DNA of 62,941 nt, counting the filler. It is 12 parts of 12 records of this genome, joined end to end, with 100 filler letters (N's around TTAATTAATTAA, not from the genome) between each part and the next. Parts side by side here need not be neighbours in the genome. Positions count along the whole stretch, not along the records: positions 24,461 to 27,979 come from SRR15195285_682; positions 28,080 to 34,219 come from SRR15195285_684; positions 34,320 to 41,041 come from SRR15195285_685; 9 more parts are not named here. One strand, written 5' to 3'. A program made the translations under genes and the position numbers. Positions within the stretch are counted from its first letter, which is position 1. Each line of letters begins with the position of its first letter. The notes beneath the pieces were generated by a model, which searched no databases, was not told the DNA's origin, and saw only the letters and a program-made list of their open reading frames with translations. Below, in pieces: positions 24,461 to 36,878 of the stretch.

Positions 24461-25583
24461 TAATGCCTATGTATCTCCGGAAGACGTTGATTTGGATGAT
24501 GATGGATGGATCGCAGGGCATGCAAAACATCTGTGGTCTCTTGGTGCACTTGTTGAAGAGTCGCCTTCGTCGGCTGCCGAAGTCGGACTACAGCTCCGCC
24601 GACGGTCGGACCAGCTACGTGCCAGCCTCAGCAACTGTGCATCACTGGTAGAAGCCGAGGAGGCACTGGCTGCTCAAAAGGGCGTCGCGCAGCAAGAGCT
24701 GCTGCAAGGAGGCGGGGTACGCTTTGTGTGGGGCAGCGCTCCTGCAGCTAGGCAGAAGCGAGAGCGCGTCGAGACTGCACAGGATGCGCCAGGCGATGGC
24801 AAGTGCTACCGCTGCTTTAGATGCTTCTGCTGCTGTGGATCGTCAGCAGACTCAGTGCAAGATGGCGACGGATTGACTCTTAGCGAGGGAGCTCAGACAA
24901 TTTCTGCAGCAGCCAACGACTGCATATCACTACTGGTAGTGGCACCCGGTGCTCCTGGTGTAACACCTGGGGCGTCTGCGCTGAGGCGTGCGCCGGCTGA
25001 CACAGACCGTTCGTCGCTGCGGTCTGCTGTACAGCGTCTCGAAGCAGCTTGCAGAGTGATGCAGAAGATTGACAGCGCGGTTGATCATGACCGTGAGGAT
25101 GCTGAAGACGTACTTCGCGCTTTTGTGGACATTGGCGGTGATGCAGAGGATGGTACAATCGCAGTCGGAACTCTATGTAGAGCGCTGACTGAGCTCGGGA
25201 ATGAACGGACCACGCTCCAGGCCGAAGATGTCGACGAAATCGTACAACTTTGCGAAGTGCACATCGACGGTAGTTTGCCTAAGGGCGTAGATACGAGTGA
25301 GCTGCTGAACCGTTCGAATGCTTGTCTGCCTGTTCGTTCCCTCCCGGCATTTTCCGCACCAGCAGCAAGCATGTGTCCAAGGCCCGCTTTGCACGTGCGG
25401 TGATCTGTCGATTCATCTACTAAAAGCACGGCGCGACGTATTGCAGGGATCGACTTCGTCGGGCTAACCGGCACTCTGTGGCAACTTGCCTCTCCGCTGT
25501 ATGTGCTGGAGCAAGGCTTATTTCTGGTCGAGCAGTTGAGACCCTTAGCCGAGCAGACTCCTGGCCGAGAGCATCCCCCCTAG
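24461..25583 (+). CDS. 5'-truncated protein with a Cys cluster and degenerate C-terminal calmodulin-like EF-hands
   Basis: Open frame near the contig start; CYRCFRCFCCCG; EDVLRAFVDIGGDAEDGTI...LTELG...EDVDEIV; spliced last exon RIDFVGL... to TAG 25583. Confidence 0.55.
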
Positions 25584-25746
25584 CAGTGCAGACGTGGCTC
25601 CTCCCAAGTGTCTAATGTTTGGTGAATGTCAGCATGCCGAAAGATGCAAGCATTGTTCGCACGAGGGAAGTACAGCTTATGAGGCTATGCATGAGGCTCG
25701 AAACCCGTACATGGCACGTTTCAAAACATAGCGTCCATATCTTCTC

Positions 25747-27979
25747 TCAACATGTCAATACGTTCTGGAACTCGAAGCTACACGGGACACATCAAGATTG
25801 GCGTTTCAGTTGGTAAGGTGACGAGACGACAGTTATCGGCAGTTCGTTCCGCTTGTTTGGTACGCACCAATAGTAATCACGTCTCGCTGCAGCTGGCACG
25901 TCAACGCGCTCTCCCTTGGGATCGAACACATTGTGCACGTCTTCACCTGTCAAAAATTCGAATGCTCTGAACCGGGTGGCAAGCCACCGCACTCGGCCGA
26001 TGTCGAAGACTGCAATGTCGTCAGCTGCTTGACACTGTGTGGCAACGCACTTCTCAGTACAGCAGAATGCAAACGAGTAGCAATGAATCTGCACGACTAG
26101 CAAAGTACTCACCAACTGTTCCCACAACTCCATCTGTGTCGCACCCGTATCGCCATCCATGATACAAGATAGCAAGTAAATTGACAAAGCAACTCTGCGT
26201 TCCTCGTCTGGCAGAATCCCCTTCTTCATATTTTGGATTAGAAGGTCTTCGTTGTCAAGGTTGCCGGGTTCTGCGACTGCTGACTTGCCACGTAGGTGTA
26301 GATAACCTATGGAGTGGCGAAGCAGCAGCTCCATCGTCGGATACATACTTCCATTTTTCACGATTGAAACCCTGTACACGGCATTCAGCGTGCTCATTAG
26401 TTGAACAGCACTCTGGGGGCATATCTGCGACGGCAGCGCACCCCACAGATCTGACAATCTGAAGCTTCCCTTCGTCAGATATCTTCTTGTAATCCTCGAA
26501 ATGGTGCTCCAAGATGTCATTGAAGACTTCGGCATTTGTATAGACTCCAAAACCACGGATTTGCGCTTGCAATACTATGCAGGATGAAATTAAAGCATCC
26601 CAGAGAATCGTTGCGCCCATAGTACCTGCAACCCACAGCCACGATTAGGCCGTGCACAGAACCCATATCACAAATGCGAGGAATCGTGCTCACCAAACCA
26701 AGGCTTTGCCCATGTGTTGAAATGTATGGGTGTGATTAGCCCAAGAAATGCTTTGATCACCGCGCCAGTCAAAACTACCTTTGCCTTGTATGCCAAGACA
26801 AGCAGCAGGACCTTTAATTTGCTCTTGGGTTCTGCCCCAGGGTCTACTCCCATCACCGGGCTGACGGGGTTGCCGAGTTCGAATGCTGCCCGCACAAGCG
26901 AGTCAGCAACGAACGCCCGGTCTGCATTGAGCGGCACAAGGCGTTGATCTAGAGCCCAGGACACCCTCACGCAGAACCGAACAGCGTAATACATGAGCAA
27001 GACGATCTCGAACACGACGTTCACGCCGATTGCAATGCCGAGAATCACCCACCATATGATCAGCGGGTGGTTCATATCTATGTTGAGCTTTCCATCGTCG
27101 TGCGGGATGCAACCGCAGGCCATGCACTCGCACGACATGCAACGTTCTGCGACGGACCCATCTGGATTCCACGATTCACCTGGCATACACCGGGACTGCG
27201 GGCCCTCAACATACGTTGTTGGATACTCGGTTCCGAAGTAGGTGTTTCCTTCCCAGTGGCCAAGGTTTTGAGTAATTTTGCACGATAACAGGAGCACATC
27301 CTGTTCCAGGTTCACGCCGCCAGTAACGTTCATGCTGGACGAAAGTGTACCGTTGATGTTCTTTTCATCCAAATGGGTCAGTTGGTCGCAGTTGAAATAG
27401 GTATTCTTTACGCCATCTACGCCGAGTTCAGCGCAGAGAATGTTTTCCACCCAGCAAGGCACAATAGTGAACATCATCCCGATGAGTCCGCTCAACGCTG
27501 TCATCTGGGTTTTAAGAGACCGCATGTTTGCCACCTGATCAGGGGTCAATTGTCTCAGCGTTCCTGCGCCTGCCTTGTTGAGCACGGCCCTTGTCTTCTC
27601 TTTGTCAAGAGGCTGCTGGCTAGATTTGAGCATCGCTATACCCATTCTCTCCAACCCGGTCAATGCGGCCAGAAGACTTTCTTCTTCAAGTTCGCTGACG
27701 GGTGTATCGATCAGCAGTGAGAGCAGCTCGAATTTGTTTTGACTGTCCAGCTTAAGCATGGTTTTGGTCCTCTCATCTTTCCTGGAGTTCGCAAGGCCGT
27801 GCAGGTACTGGATAAAGTTGAGAGAGTCTGTTGACTTCTCCATGCCCGGCTCGCCTCGGGTCATCACTTCCCACAGATACAGCATGTCCTCGTGGCTCAG
27901 ATCGTGGCTATGATCCATCGCAACGATCACCATCTCCATCTCATCAAATTCAACGTCTTCCGGAGATACATAGGCATTA
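25747..27979 (-). CDS. 5'-truncated multi-pass membrane protein with EF-hand-like N-terminus, Cys-rich loop and possible TerB-like C-terminal region
   Basis: Long ORFs 26668-27939 and 25792-26556 joined by introns; hydrophobic segments (LSGLIGMMFTIV, IIWWVILGIAIGVNVVFEIVLLMYY); SLVRAAFELGNP; spliced end at TGA 25747. Confidence 0.65.
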
Positions 27980-28374
27980 NNNNNNNNNNNNNNNNNNNNN
28001 NNNNNNNNNNNNNNNNNNNNNNNTTAATTAATTAANNNNNNNNNNNNNNNNNNNNNNNNNNNNNNNNNNNNNNNNNNNNCATCCCCCATTACTTGACTAC
28101 AGGGTGCGCGGCCGATCCTGGCGTAATGCATGCTCAGCTGTGCGGCCGCGCCGGCGCGCGGCCAGCAGCGCCGCGCACGCGCGGCGGGTGCGAGTGTGTA
28201 GATGCCGAATCGAAGGCTGCCGCCGAGCAGGACATACTTATCAGTCCTGGTAAGCTGCTAGTAAGCTGCTCATATAAGCTTAGCTGGCTATTTACAGGAC
28301 GAGCGGCGCCGCTGCGCGGTCGACAGCGAGTAGCCGCACACCGACGGGGGGCAGCCAGCCCCACGCGGACGCCG

Positions 28375-31090
28375 ATGCATTTCCTCCTACTGCTTAGCGT
28401 GACTGGGCTGCACTCTTGTGGCCGTGTGCTTAGCGGCGCAGAAGCAGCTTTATCTCACGCACGTACGGTGACAGCGAAATTGCCATCTCGGATCGTGGTA
28501 GCCGATGGTGCCACCGAAAGTGAGCGCTGGGCAGCAGATAGACTGGCTAACCTCCTGGCCATACCGATGGACAATGCTGTTGGGGTGAGCGGCACGTCTC
28601 AGATCGCTGTCGGCCACGGCGCTGCTACAGCCCTGGGCGTGCCTGCTGGCGAACTTGTAGAGCTGGATGACGATTCGTTCTTCGTTAGCACCACGCGCTG
28701 GGTGCCAGCTAGCAGCGTGGCGATAGCCTCGAGCACCGACAGCGCACGCGGTTCGATCCACGGCGTATATACTTTTCTTCGTGCATTAGGCTTTGAGTTC
28801 TTTGCCGAGAACGTCACACGAGTACCGTCTTCGTTGCCTACCCTGTGAGTCGAACACATGCGAGGCGTGCGCCGTCCACATGCACGATTGTGTTTCCAAT
28901 GGCCATCCTGATCATTTGCTTGTGGGTCTATGCAGTCCTGCGATTGACATGAAATACAGTCCAACCTTCGACAGCCGCGACTTGACAATGGCATCGCGAG
29001 GGATTGGAAGCAACAATGATAGAATCCATACTGACAACCCTCCGTATTTCGTGGGCAATTGCACCGCCGTCGCCAAGGCTAGGCACTGGAGCGGTGGAAA
29101 ATGCCAGCGCCATGGTACAATCTGGCGTCCTGGGAGAAATCTCAGTGCTGCACTTGGCTTGAATGGTGCATGGGCGTTCGGGCCGGTGGGCGGCTTTTTT
29201 GCGGCAAGCGATCCCCCGGGGGGCGTGGCGACTGCGTACAATCTGTTGACTCCCAGTTTGAACGCGGATGTACCCGACTGCGCTGGTTTAGGGACTTACG
29301 AGCCGCACGCCAAGAATACACCATGCCCTGCAGTGTTTCGGCAGCATCCAGCATGGTTCACATGTGGGCAACCAGCAACACCATGTACGACGACCACCAT
29401 TAACAAGACTGACAACAGCCAGCCCTGTTGGTCTGCACCAGGGGTCGTAGAAACGATGACAGAAAGCGTTCTCAAAATTCTTCGTGCGGACCCTACGATC
29501 AAGATCATATCGGTGAGCAACATGGACGGAGACGTCTCGTTCTCGCCATGTCCGATGGATATGGTTGCAGCCAAAGCAGAGAATGCAACAGGAGGTGCAA
29601 ACTTCTACGCTGTGCGAGATATCGCAGCAACGGTGGAGCGCGAGTTTCCGCATGTCAAGATCCAAGCTCTGGCGGTAAATCAGTCACTTTCCCAAACTTC
29701 ATCGCAGCTATCGATGGATGCATTTCCGATAACTCACTCCCATCTACGACGTGTGCAGTACAACGGTGCTCAGGCCCCGCCAAAGCACTTGATGTTGGCC
29801 GACAACGTGATCGTTCAGATCGCTGGTTTGTAGCGACAACCCAATCAATTGCCAATCGTACTTATTGCATGTTCACAATTTTACAATGCGCAAGCATCGA
29901 CATTGCCGAGACACGCTCAGGGCAGCAATAAGAAACTGATTTGAAATTTTGCCAAACAGGTCTCGGACAGATCTTGGATGTATCTTTGTACGACGAGCGC
30001 AACGCCGAATACCTGACATTGATCAAAGGCTGGCTCAAGCACGCAAAGACAGTATATGTTTGGAAAGGTCTCCCGAAGAGTGTGATCCTTCCAACCGGTG
30101 GGCATACGGCACAAGCGCTGCACATCAAGGTACTGTGCATAACCGTCAGAGCATACAGAAGGTCTTGCCGTACTACAATGTTCGTAGTTGCTGAGTCGCT
30201 GTATGTCTTCATGCAGGAGCTCGCTGAACTTGGCGTCCGAGGGTACTTTGCCGAGGGATGGACCTGGCCTGGTGCTGACATGGCTGACTTGAGGGTTTTC
30301 TTGGCGGGACGGATGACATTCAACGCGACGCTGGATATCGACACTCTCGTCACAGAATTTATAACTACCTATTACGGAGGTGGAGTGGTGCGAATTCCGA
30401 TTCGATGAAGACTTGGTTTTGCCAGTGCGTTAGCAGGCTTGCGTTTACTAGGGTGTCGTGATGAACAGGTGGCAGCGAAGATCGCAGAGTACATTAAGCT
30501 GATCGACAACGCGTTCCTGGTAGGGAACAGGTCTGTCGACTTTGCTGGACGTGTGCTGCAGCCAAAGGACGCTCATAAGTTGGGTGGGGGGCCGAACAGC
30601 TCGATCTTCACGAACGAGACTCTGTTGGCTGGTGCGACTCTACTGACGGACGCGCTCGAGGCTGCTACTGAGCCGCAGCACAAACAGAGCGTTGCGTACG
30701 ACCTCATGCATCTACAGTACGTGATCCTCGTGCGTTGGGAAAGCCTGTGGCTCAACGCGACTACAATGAGAAGACCTTGGCCGCTGCACGACACCAAGGC
30801 CGAGGAATTTGAGGCGTTTGCCATTGCTTACAATGTCAGTACCTACCAACCTACCAACATACTACCCTACTGCTGCCCTGTTTTCCATCAACCCAATCAT
30901 TTTAAGATGACGCCTGTTGTGCCAAGACTGCACAAAAGTCCAGAACAACACTAACACAAGACTGAGTGTGCAATAGGCCTCGGGAATCCAGTCATTCACT
31001 GAGACTAGGAAGATGCCTGATGGACATGGGCACCGATATTCGAGTGTGTCGATGACGCTGGCGAGCTTTCATGACGAGCTGTTTGGCTAA
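28375..31090 (+). CDS. Secreted DUF4838-like putative glycoside hydrolase (GH67/GH20-type N-terminal domain), multi-exon
   Basis: Signal peptide (MHFLLLLSVTGL); ATESERWAA, LDDDSFFV, RGSIHGVYTFLRALGFEF, HPAWF, QPCWS, ISVSNMD, FPHVKIQALA/Y, GVRGYFAEG and EFITTYYG resemble bacterial DUF4838 proteins. GT-AG introns link the frames to TAA 31090. Confidence 0.75.
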
Positions 31091-32209
31091 ACAACATTGG
31101 CGTGCTTCACGGTGGATAGGTAGATCTAGAGGGTGGTAGACGATGTGTCAACTCGCGGTCGTCTTCGTCCTTGCACTTTGCCTTGATAAGTGGGAGTCTC
31201 GTCACTCAAGCCCTGAGTGGTGGTACCTGGATCCAACAACAGGTGTTTATTGGCTGACGTCTCGGACGCGTAGCGTCCATCCTTAGAGCCACACACTGTT
31301 CGAACTTTCACAGTGGTAGCTGCGCTACCTTATCACTGGCTGACTGACTGATCTAGATGTAGATTTATTCTGATTTACACTTTGGCTGCGTGCAAATGCA
31401 ACTAAGTTACCGTTGTCATCGTCTTTAGAAAAAAAACAAAAACAAAAAAACATGAACCACTGGTGGTTGTCGTCAGGAGTGGAGCTACTGTGCCATCTAG
31501 AGGGCGCAGTTCCCCAGCTAACAGCTAGGAGCATAGAGGGACCGGGAAGCTGTATAATACAGCAAACCGCACGTAGTAGGATAGAAGAGTGAGCCGGGCC
31601 TGGTGGCTAGCCTGGCCACTGGTCGTGGAGCGTGGGCGCACGCGGAACATGCGCAATCGCTAGCCCACATCAGTCGACAATGAGGGGCAAAAAAGGCCGT
31701 CAACAAAAGACACCAGCATCGAAAACGATCAAAACAGTGATCGCCTCCTCTGCATCGTCTGTTTGGAGAAGGAGCGAGCGATTGTAAACCCTTTCACCAT
31801 GCAACCACACTGTGATTTGTGAAGATTGCGTGGAGTCGCTCTCAGGGTGCCAGGTAGCCGCGCAGCGATTTCGCTCGGTGTGCATCATGCAATTCAATGC
31901 CACTCACGCTAATAGTGGCTTAGCCTTGAAACCTCGGTTGCAACGGTTGGGAGCGGACGGCGAGAGACAGACAGACAATTGGCATATCATTGTACATAAC
32001 AACGAGCCATGGACACAGAATCAGAGTTCTAGCGTCTAGGCATTTAGGGCAGCTATCCCGCCTCACCATAGCATCAACACCCACTTGCGACTATAGCGCT
32101 AAACAATCGTGAATCACATAATATATAAATATTAAACTATCGTTTTTGCTGATTTACAAGTTTTGCGCTAGGATACTACGAAAAGAGGCTGAAACAAGGA
32201 AGTGTATAG

Positions 32210-32243
32210 GTCTTGACAAGGCCCTTATGCCCGGTGTCATGAC
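32210..32243. repeat. Dispersed palindromic element, copy 1 (left arm partly deleted)
   Basis: GTCTTGACAAGGCCCTTATGCCCGGTGTCATGAC; 24 nt are identical to 50133-50156. Confidence 0.75.
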
Positions 32244-32358
32244 TGACTCAACTACAATCCCAACGACAATTGAGGCTGCTAGCTGAGTGACTCAACGCCG
32301 ATTCAAATAATCATGTATCTAATTATTATTCAACACTCATTTTGTATATCGCAGTAGC

Positions 32359-33783
32359 TCATGCGCAGCCACCGCACTTTGATCGGGTGGGTGGAGCTTG
32401 CAAAGCAAGTCCTAGGGCACCGTCAGCAGACGCATCAGCGCTTGCGTCATCGCCAACGTATACTGAGTAGAGCATACAGTCACAACCACCAAAGACCGCA
32501 CGTTGGCTGCTGTTGTCATACGTGATGGCGTTCCCGAGCCCAGCGTGGCTGAGGCTGGTGGTGCTGAAGGTCGACCGCAGCGCACCGGTGTGCCGATCTA
32601 GCTCCAGGAGGCTACCGTTCTGATCTCTCCCTGTGGTAGAGCCGATCAGCACACTTGTTGCCGTGAGCGCGGGCGAGCTGTCGATGCCGTTCCCAGACAC
32701 GTTCCGCCGCCACAGCTGCATGCCAGTGCGTGCGTCAATGGCGTACACTGCGGCAGACAACGGTGAATCCTGCGAGTAGGGTAGGTAGGTGTTGAATGTG
32801 TCGCTCCCAAACACCACCACGCCGTCTGAATCTGCAGCTGTGGCGTCGCTGTCCATGACGGACTGTGCAGCAGCCACTGCGGGTGACGAGATGCTGATCA
32901 CCCCGACGGTGCGTGCCCGCCACAGGAATGCGCCCATGGTTGCATTCAGCGACCAGGCAGAGCAGTCCTGGGCTCCGAAATAGACCCGGCCGTCCAGTAC
33001 TGCCGCCGTGCCGTAGATCCCGGCGTTGTAGCAACCCAGTGGGTTGGGTGGGATGTGCGCGGAGGCGTTAGCTTTTGGGATCGGCGGAGGCGCAAACTCC
33101 CAGATCATGTCGCCGCTGGAACCATTCAGGCATAGCATTGCCCCCGCGCCCGTGGTTCCGATGAAGACACGGGAGAAGCCAGTGCGATCTGCGGTGACCG
33201 TTGGGGCGGCGTAAAACCCACCACCATCTGGCGAGGTCCGCGCCCACTCCACCCGACCCGTTGCTGCATCCAGTGCAAAGACGCGGTGGCTGCCACTACC
33301 GCCGATCGGCTTACGAGAAGTGGCCGCGTAGACGAGCATGCCGTCTATGCTGAGCGCGGGCTTTCCCGCCAGGTGCGCGCCAAGCGTGGTGTTCCAGAGC
33401 GGATTGCCTGAGACAGCGTCGATCGCATGGAGTGCGAAATCGTCGGCGCCGATGAATACGACCCGACGGTCAGCGCTTAGCGCCACGCCACCAAGGCTGC
33501 CGCAGCGCCCTCCAGGCCAACGGTAGCGACAGACGCCCTCAAGCGTGTAGTTCCAGAGATAGGCGCCGTCGCTGGCTCGCAGCGCCAGCGCTGCGATCGG
33601 TGAGTGGCGCGCAGGCGAGATGACGCTCACAAAAATGCGGTCGCCGGCCACAACGGGCGGGCCGTACGAAAGGCCTGGCAGCGCGACACCCCACGCGCGG
33701 CCGCGCGACAGCACAGCCGGTAGCGATGCGGCAGCAGTCGCAATAGAGCTCCATAGTGCCGCCACCAGCAGAATGAGGCCCAT
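32359..33783 (-). CDS. Secreted PQQ-like (BamB-type) beta-propeller repeat protein, single exon
   Basis: Signal peptide MGLILLVAALWSSIATA; repeats ALRASDGAYLW, AIDAVSGNPLW, ALDAATGRVEW, CLNGSSGDMIW, SLNATMGAFLW and AIDARTGMQLW. Confidence 0.88.
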   Translation of the reverse strand: MGLILLVAALWSSIATAAASLPAVLSRGRAWGVALPGLSYGPPVVAGDRIFVSVISPARHSPIAALALRASDGAYLWNYTLEGVCRYRWPGGRCGSLGGVALSADRRVVFIGADDFALHAIDAVSGNPLWNTTLGAHLAGKPALSIDGMLVYAATSRKPIGGSGSHRVFALDAATGRVEWARTSPDGGGFYAAPTVTADRTGFSRVFIGTTGAGAMLCLNGSSGDMIWEFAPPPIPKANASAHIPPNPLGCYNAGIYGTAAVLDGRVYFGAQDCSAWSLNATMGAFLWRARTVGVISISSPAVAAAQSVMDSDATAADSDGVVVFGSDTFNTYLPYSQDSPLSAAVYAIDARTGMQLWRRNVSGNGIDSSPALTATSVLIGSTTGRDQNGSLLELDRHTGALRSTFSTTSLSHAGLGNAITYDNSSQRAVFGGCDCMLYSVYVGDDASADASADGALGLALQAPPTRSKCGGCA

Positions 33784-34448
33784 CACCGCGCCGCACGAAG
33801 TGCCCAGGGTGCGCCTAACGAATGGTGAAACCAATCCCGTCGCGGGCCGCGCGCGGCGCGGGCCGCGGCCACGGCACGCAAAACGCCCGCGCGCGCGCCC
33901 CCCGAAATGCATGTCACGGGCTCACGGCGGCGCACGATACCCAGGTACGGTGGTTGGGATGGCGATGACGGCTCCGTGATGGGCACCCACTTGGGGCTAG
34001 GTGTGGGGGCTAGGCAGACCGAGCGCCAGCTGGCGCTATTTGGGTGCTTGAGGGTAGCCGATCCCGCAAAGCGGGGTCGGTGAGAGCGCAGCCGAGCGAG
34101 CGCAACGAGCGACGGCGAGGAACCTCCCCAGGCTCGTTCAGTTGCGGACGAAGCCACAATACACCATCGTGGGGCGCCCTCTTCTGCGTTTTTTCCCACC
34201 CTCCTAGCAGCAGCAGCAGNNNNNNNNNNNNNNNNNNNNNNNNNNNNNNNNNNNNNNNNNNNNTTAATTAATTAANNNNNNNNNNNNNNNNNNNNNNNNN
34301 NNNNNNNNNNNNNNNNNNNGATGATTCGTAATTCTTTTCATACAAACAAATCTGAATGAATCCGAGCCAATATCCAGTGGACTTCGAGATTATAAATTAT
34401 CTCAGATCGGGTCCCCCAGATCGGGGTGCTGGGCGTCTAATCAAAATC

Positions 34449-36709
34449 ATGTCGACGGCTGCGCAGGTGATCACTCGCGCAGAGCTGGCAGAGCACACCA
34501 GTCATGACGACTGCTGGCTTGCCGTCGATGGCATGGTGAGACAACAGGTGCATGGATCTCGGGAACTTTTCACCCGCGGCCATGCTCCACGGACCATCAC
34601 ATGCCAAATTCTACATGTACGAGTACGATCATCTATATTGAACCGTTTGGTCCGCTCGGTGCGTTGTTCTACATGTAGGTGTACGACGTCACGGAATGGC
34701 TTGCGAGCCATCCTGGAGGCGGAGCGGTGCTTCTGACTGCAGCTGGGACTGACGCGAGCGATCTGTTCAACGCCCTTCACCAGCCTCACGCGCTGAAGAA
34801 CGTGGAGCAGCATCTTATGGGCAGGCTAGAGCAGGATGATGAAGCTCAACCGGATGGCAAGGCTGGTGATCAAATGCCTGCTGGTTTTGGAAATATAGGT
34901 TTGACAACCATGGCAGCACCGGAAGAGGCCTCTCAGCCCAGCGAGCCGCGGCCTGCTGCCACTACAAACTTGCTCACCACTGATACGGCGACACCGCTGA
35001 CGGTTCAGCTGGTGCTGCCGGACTCTTTGGCTCAGATGACCCCGGAACAGCTGGCGGCATTTGGTGCCAGCCTCACAGCCGGCGTAGTTGGTACGCTGCC
35101 GCCTAATGCCGCAGGGCAACAAGGAACATCCCCGAGCGACACGCCTGCAGATGATCGCAAAGTCAAACCCACCAATCTGCAAGCCATCATAAATATCGAT
35201 CAAATGCAAGCTGCTTCAGATGACCGGGTTGACGATGCCGTGCGAGTGTGGTGGGAGCACGGTGGCGAAAACGAGCAGACGTTCCGCGCAAACCTAGCTG
35301 CGTGGGACAATTTTGCGATTCGGCCGACAATACTCACCGACGTCTCTGCTCCAGTCCTCGCGACCAAAATTCTCGGCTACCCAATTGCTCTGCCACTATG
35401 CTTTTCGCCCGTGTCGTTTCACACTCTTGCACATCCCGACGGAGAACGAGCGACAGCTGCAGCGGCAGCGAAGATGCAGATAGGTCTAGGCATTTCATCG
35501 TCGTCTACCACAGACCTCGCTGACGTAGCCAGCGCTGCCGCCGCTGTCGACCCAACTGCGATCTTGTTCTTTCAGCTTTATGTGCCCAAGCTTGCCAACG
35601 CGCCAGGGATGGACCGAGAAGTTGTCAAAAAGTTGCTCGACTATGCGTCCGACAATGGCTTCGTTGCCGTATTTGTCACACTAGACCAAAACGTGAATGG
35701 CAACAGGTGGTGCGAACCTTGGAACCCAGACGTTGCATCATGTGTCATTCATTGTTTTCTGCAAACGTGTCTGAACTCCGATCTGGCTGCTGCTGATCTA
35801 CAGGCGTACCTTTCGCGATAGCGCATGGGTAACTGCAATCAGCCGCACTCAGCACAAGGGCATGCCCCCGGCCAAGGTCAGCGATGGGATAGGACTCAAG
35901 CCACTTGTGAACGGCCTGTGCTCCTCCATCACATGGGATGACATCGAGTGGATGGGGACACAAACCGACCTCCCTCTGGTCCTCAAAGGTGTAGGTCGCG
36001 CCGAAGACGCACTTCGCGCAGCAGACTGCCCTGCTGTCCGTGGGATCGTTTGCTCGAACCACGGTGGACGCAATCTCGACGGAGGTGCGTCACGCTATTG
36101 CTAGGCAAAGATAATCGACACAGACAACTTGCGATGCAGCCCGGGGGCGCCGCATCTGCAACTACAGATGATTGAAACACCGTCTCACACGCGCCTATCC
36201 GTCCATGTGGCACTTGTGTCCCCTATTGTAGGGCCTGCCTCGGCAGACGTACTGCTGGAGGTGACGGACGCACTACGCGAAGCTGGTTGTACGTATTCAT
36301 TTCATTTTGGGCTCTCCTTTACCCCTTCGACTACCGTACTCCAAGGCTGTAATGCTGACACGTCGTTGCAATCATCATCCATGCTGGGGTGTCGCAAGTG
36401 TTGGAGTCGGCTGGCCGGCCTGCAGGTACTCAAATGGGCCTCGAGGTCTATGTGGATGGTGGAATTCGGAGGGGCAAAGATGTGTACCGTGCCTTAGCAC
36501 TGGGCGCTACGGCTTGCTTTTGTGGCCGTCCACATCAGTGGGGCCTCAGCGTAGCAGGGCAGGAGGGTGTCGAGCGGGTTGTGTCGATTTTTCGGGAGGA
36601 GTTGATGACCTGCATGCAGCTGGCTGGCTGCGCAGATGTCGCAGAGCTCTGTCGGGATGATGTCATGATCAAGCAGGCAGATCGATATAGTCGCCACGCT
36701 CGGCTGTGA
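34449..36709 (+). CDS. Cytochrome b5 + FMN-dependent alpha-hydroxy acid dehydrogenase (flavocytochrome b2-like) with C-terminal PTS1 (ARL)
   Basis: Heme domain DCWLAVDG/VYDVTEWLASHPGG; FMN barrel with LAHPDGE, FFQLY, PLVLKGV, SNHGGRNLDG and YVDGGIRRGKDV; several GT-AG introns; ends ...HARL-stop. Confidence 0.9.
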
Positions 36710-36878
36710 TGGCGCTGGCGCTGTGACACCGAGTGTACAGGGTTTTGTGCATTACATGTCACTGTAGATTACTACAAGCTACCGGTAGCTTGAGCGCACT
36801 GGCTTTACCCCGCATCGGCCTGATTTACAGGTTGACAGAAGTGATAGTCAGGCTTGTCCAGCTCTCGGGCACCGGGCG

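Noticed and set aside
31100-32200. AT-richer intergenic stretch with A-runs as a possible transposon
   Set aside because: I found no transposase or reverse transcriptase motifs, terminal repeats or target-site duplication.
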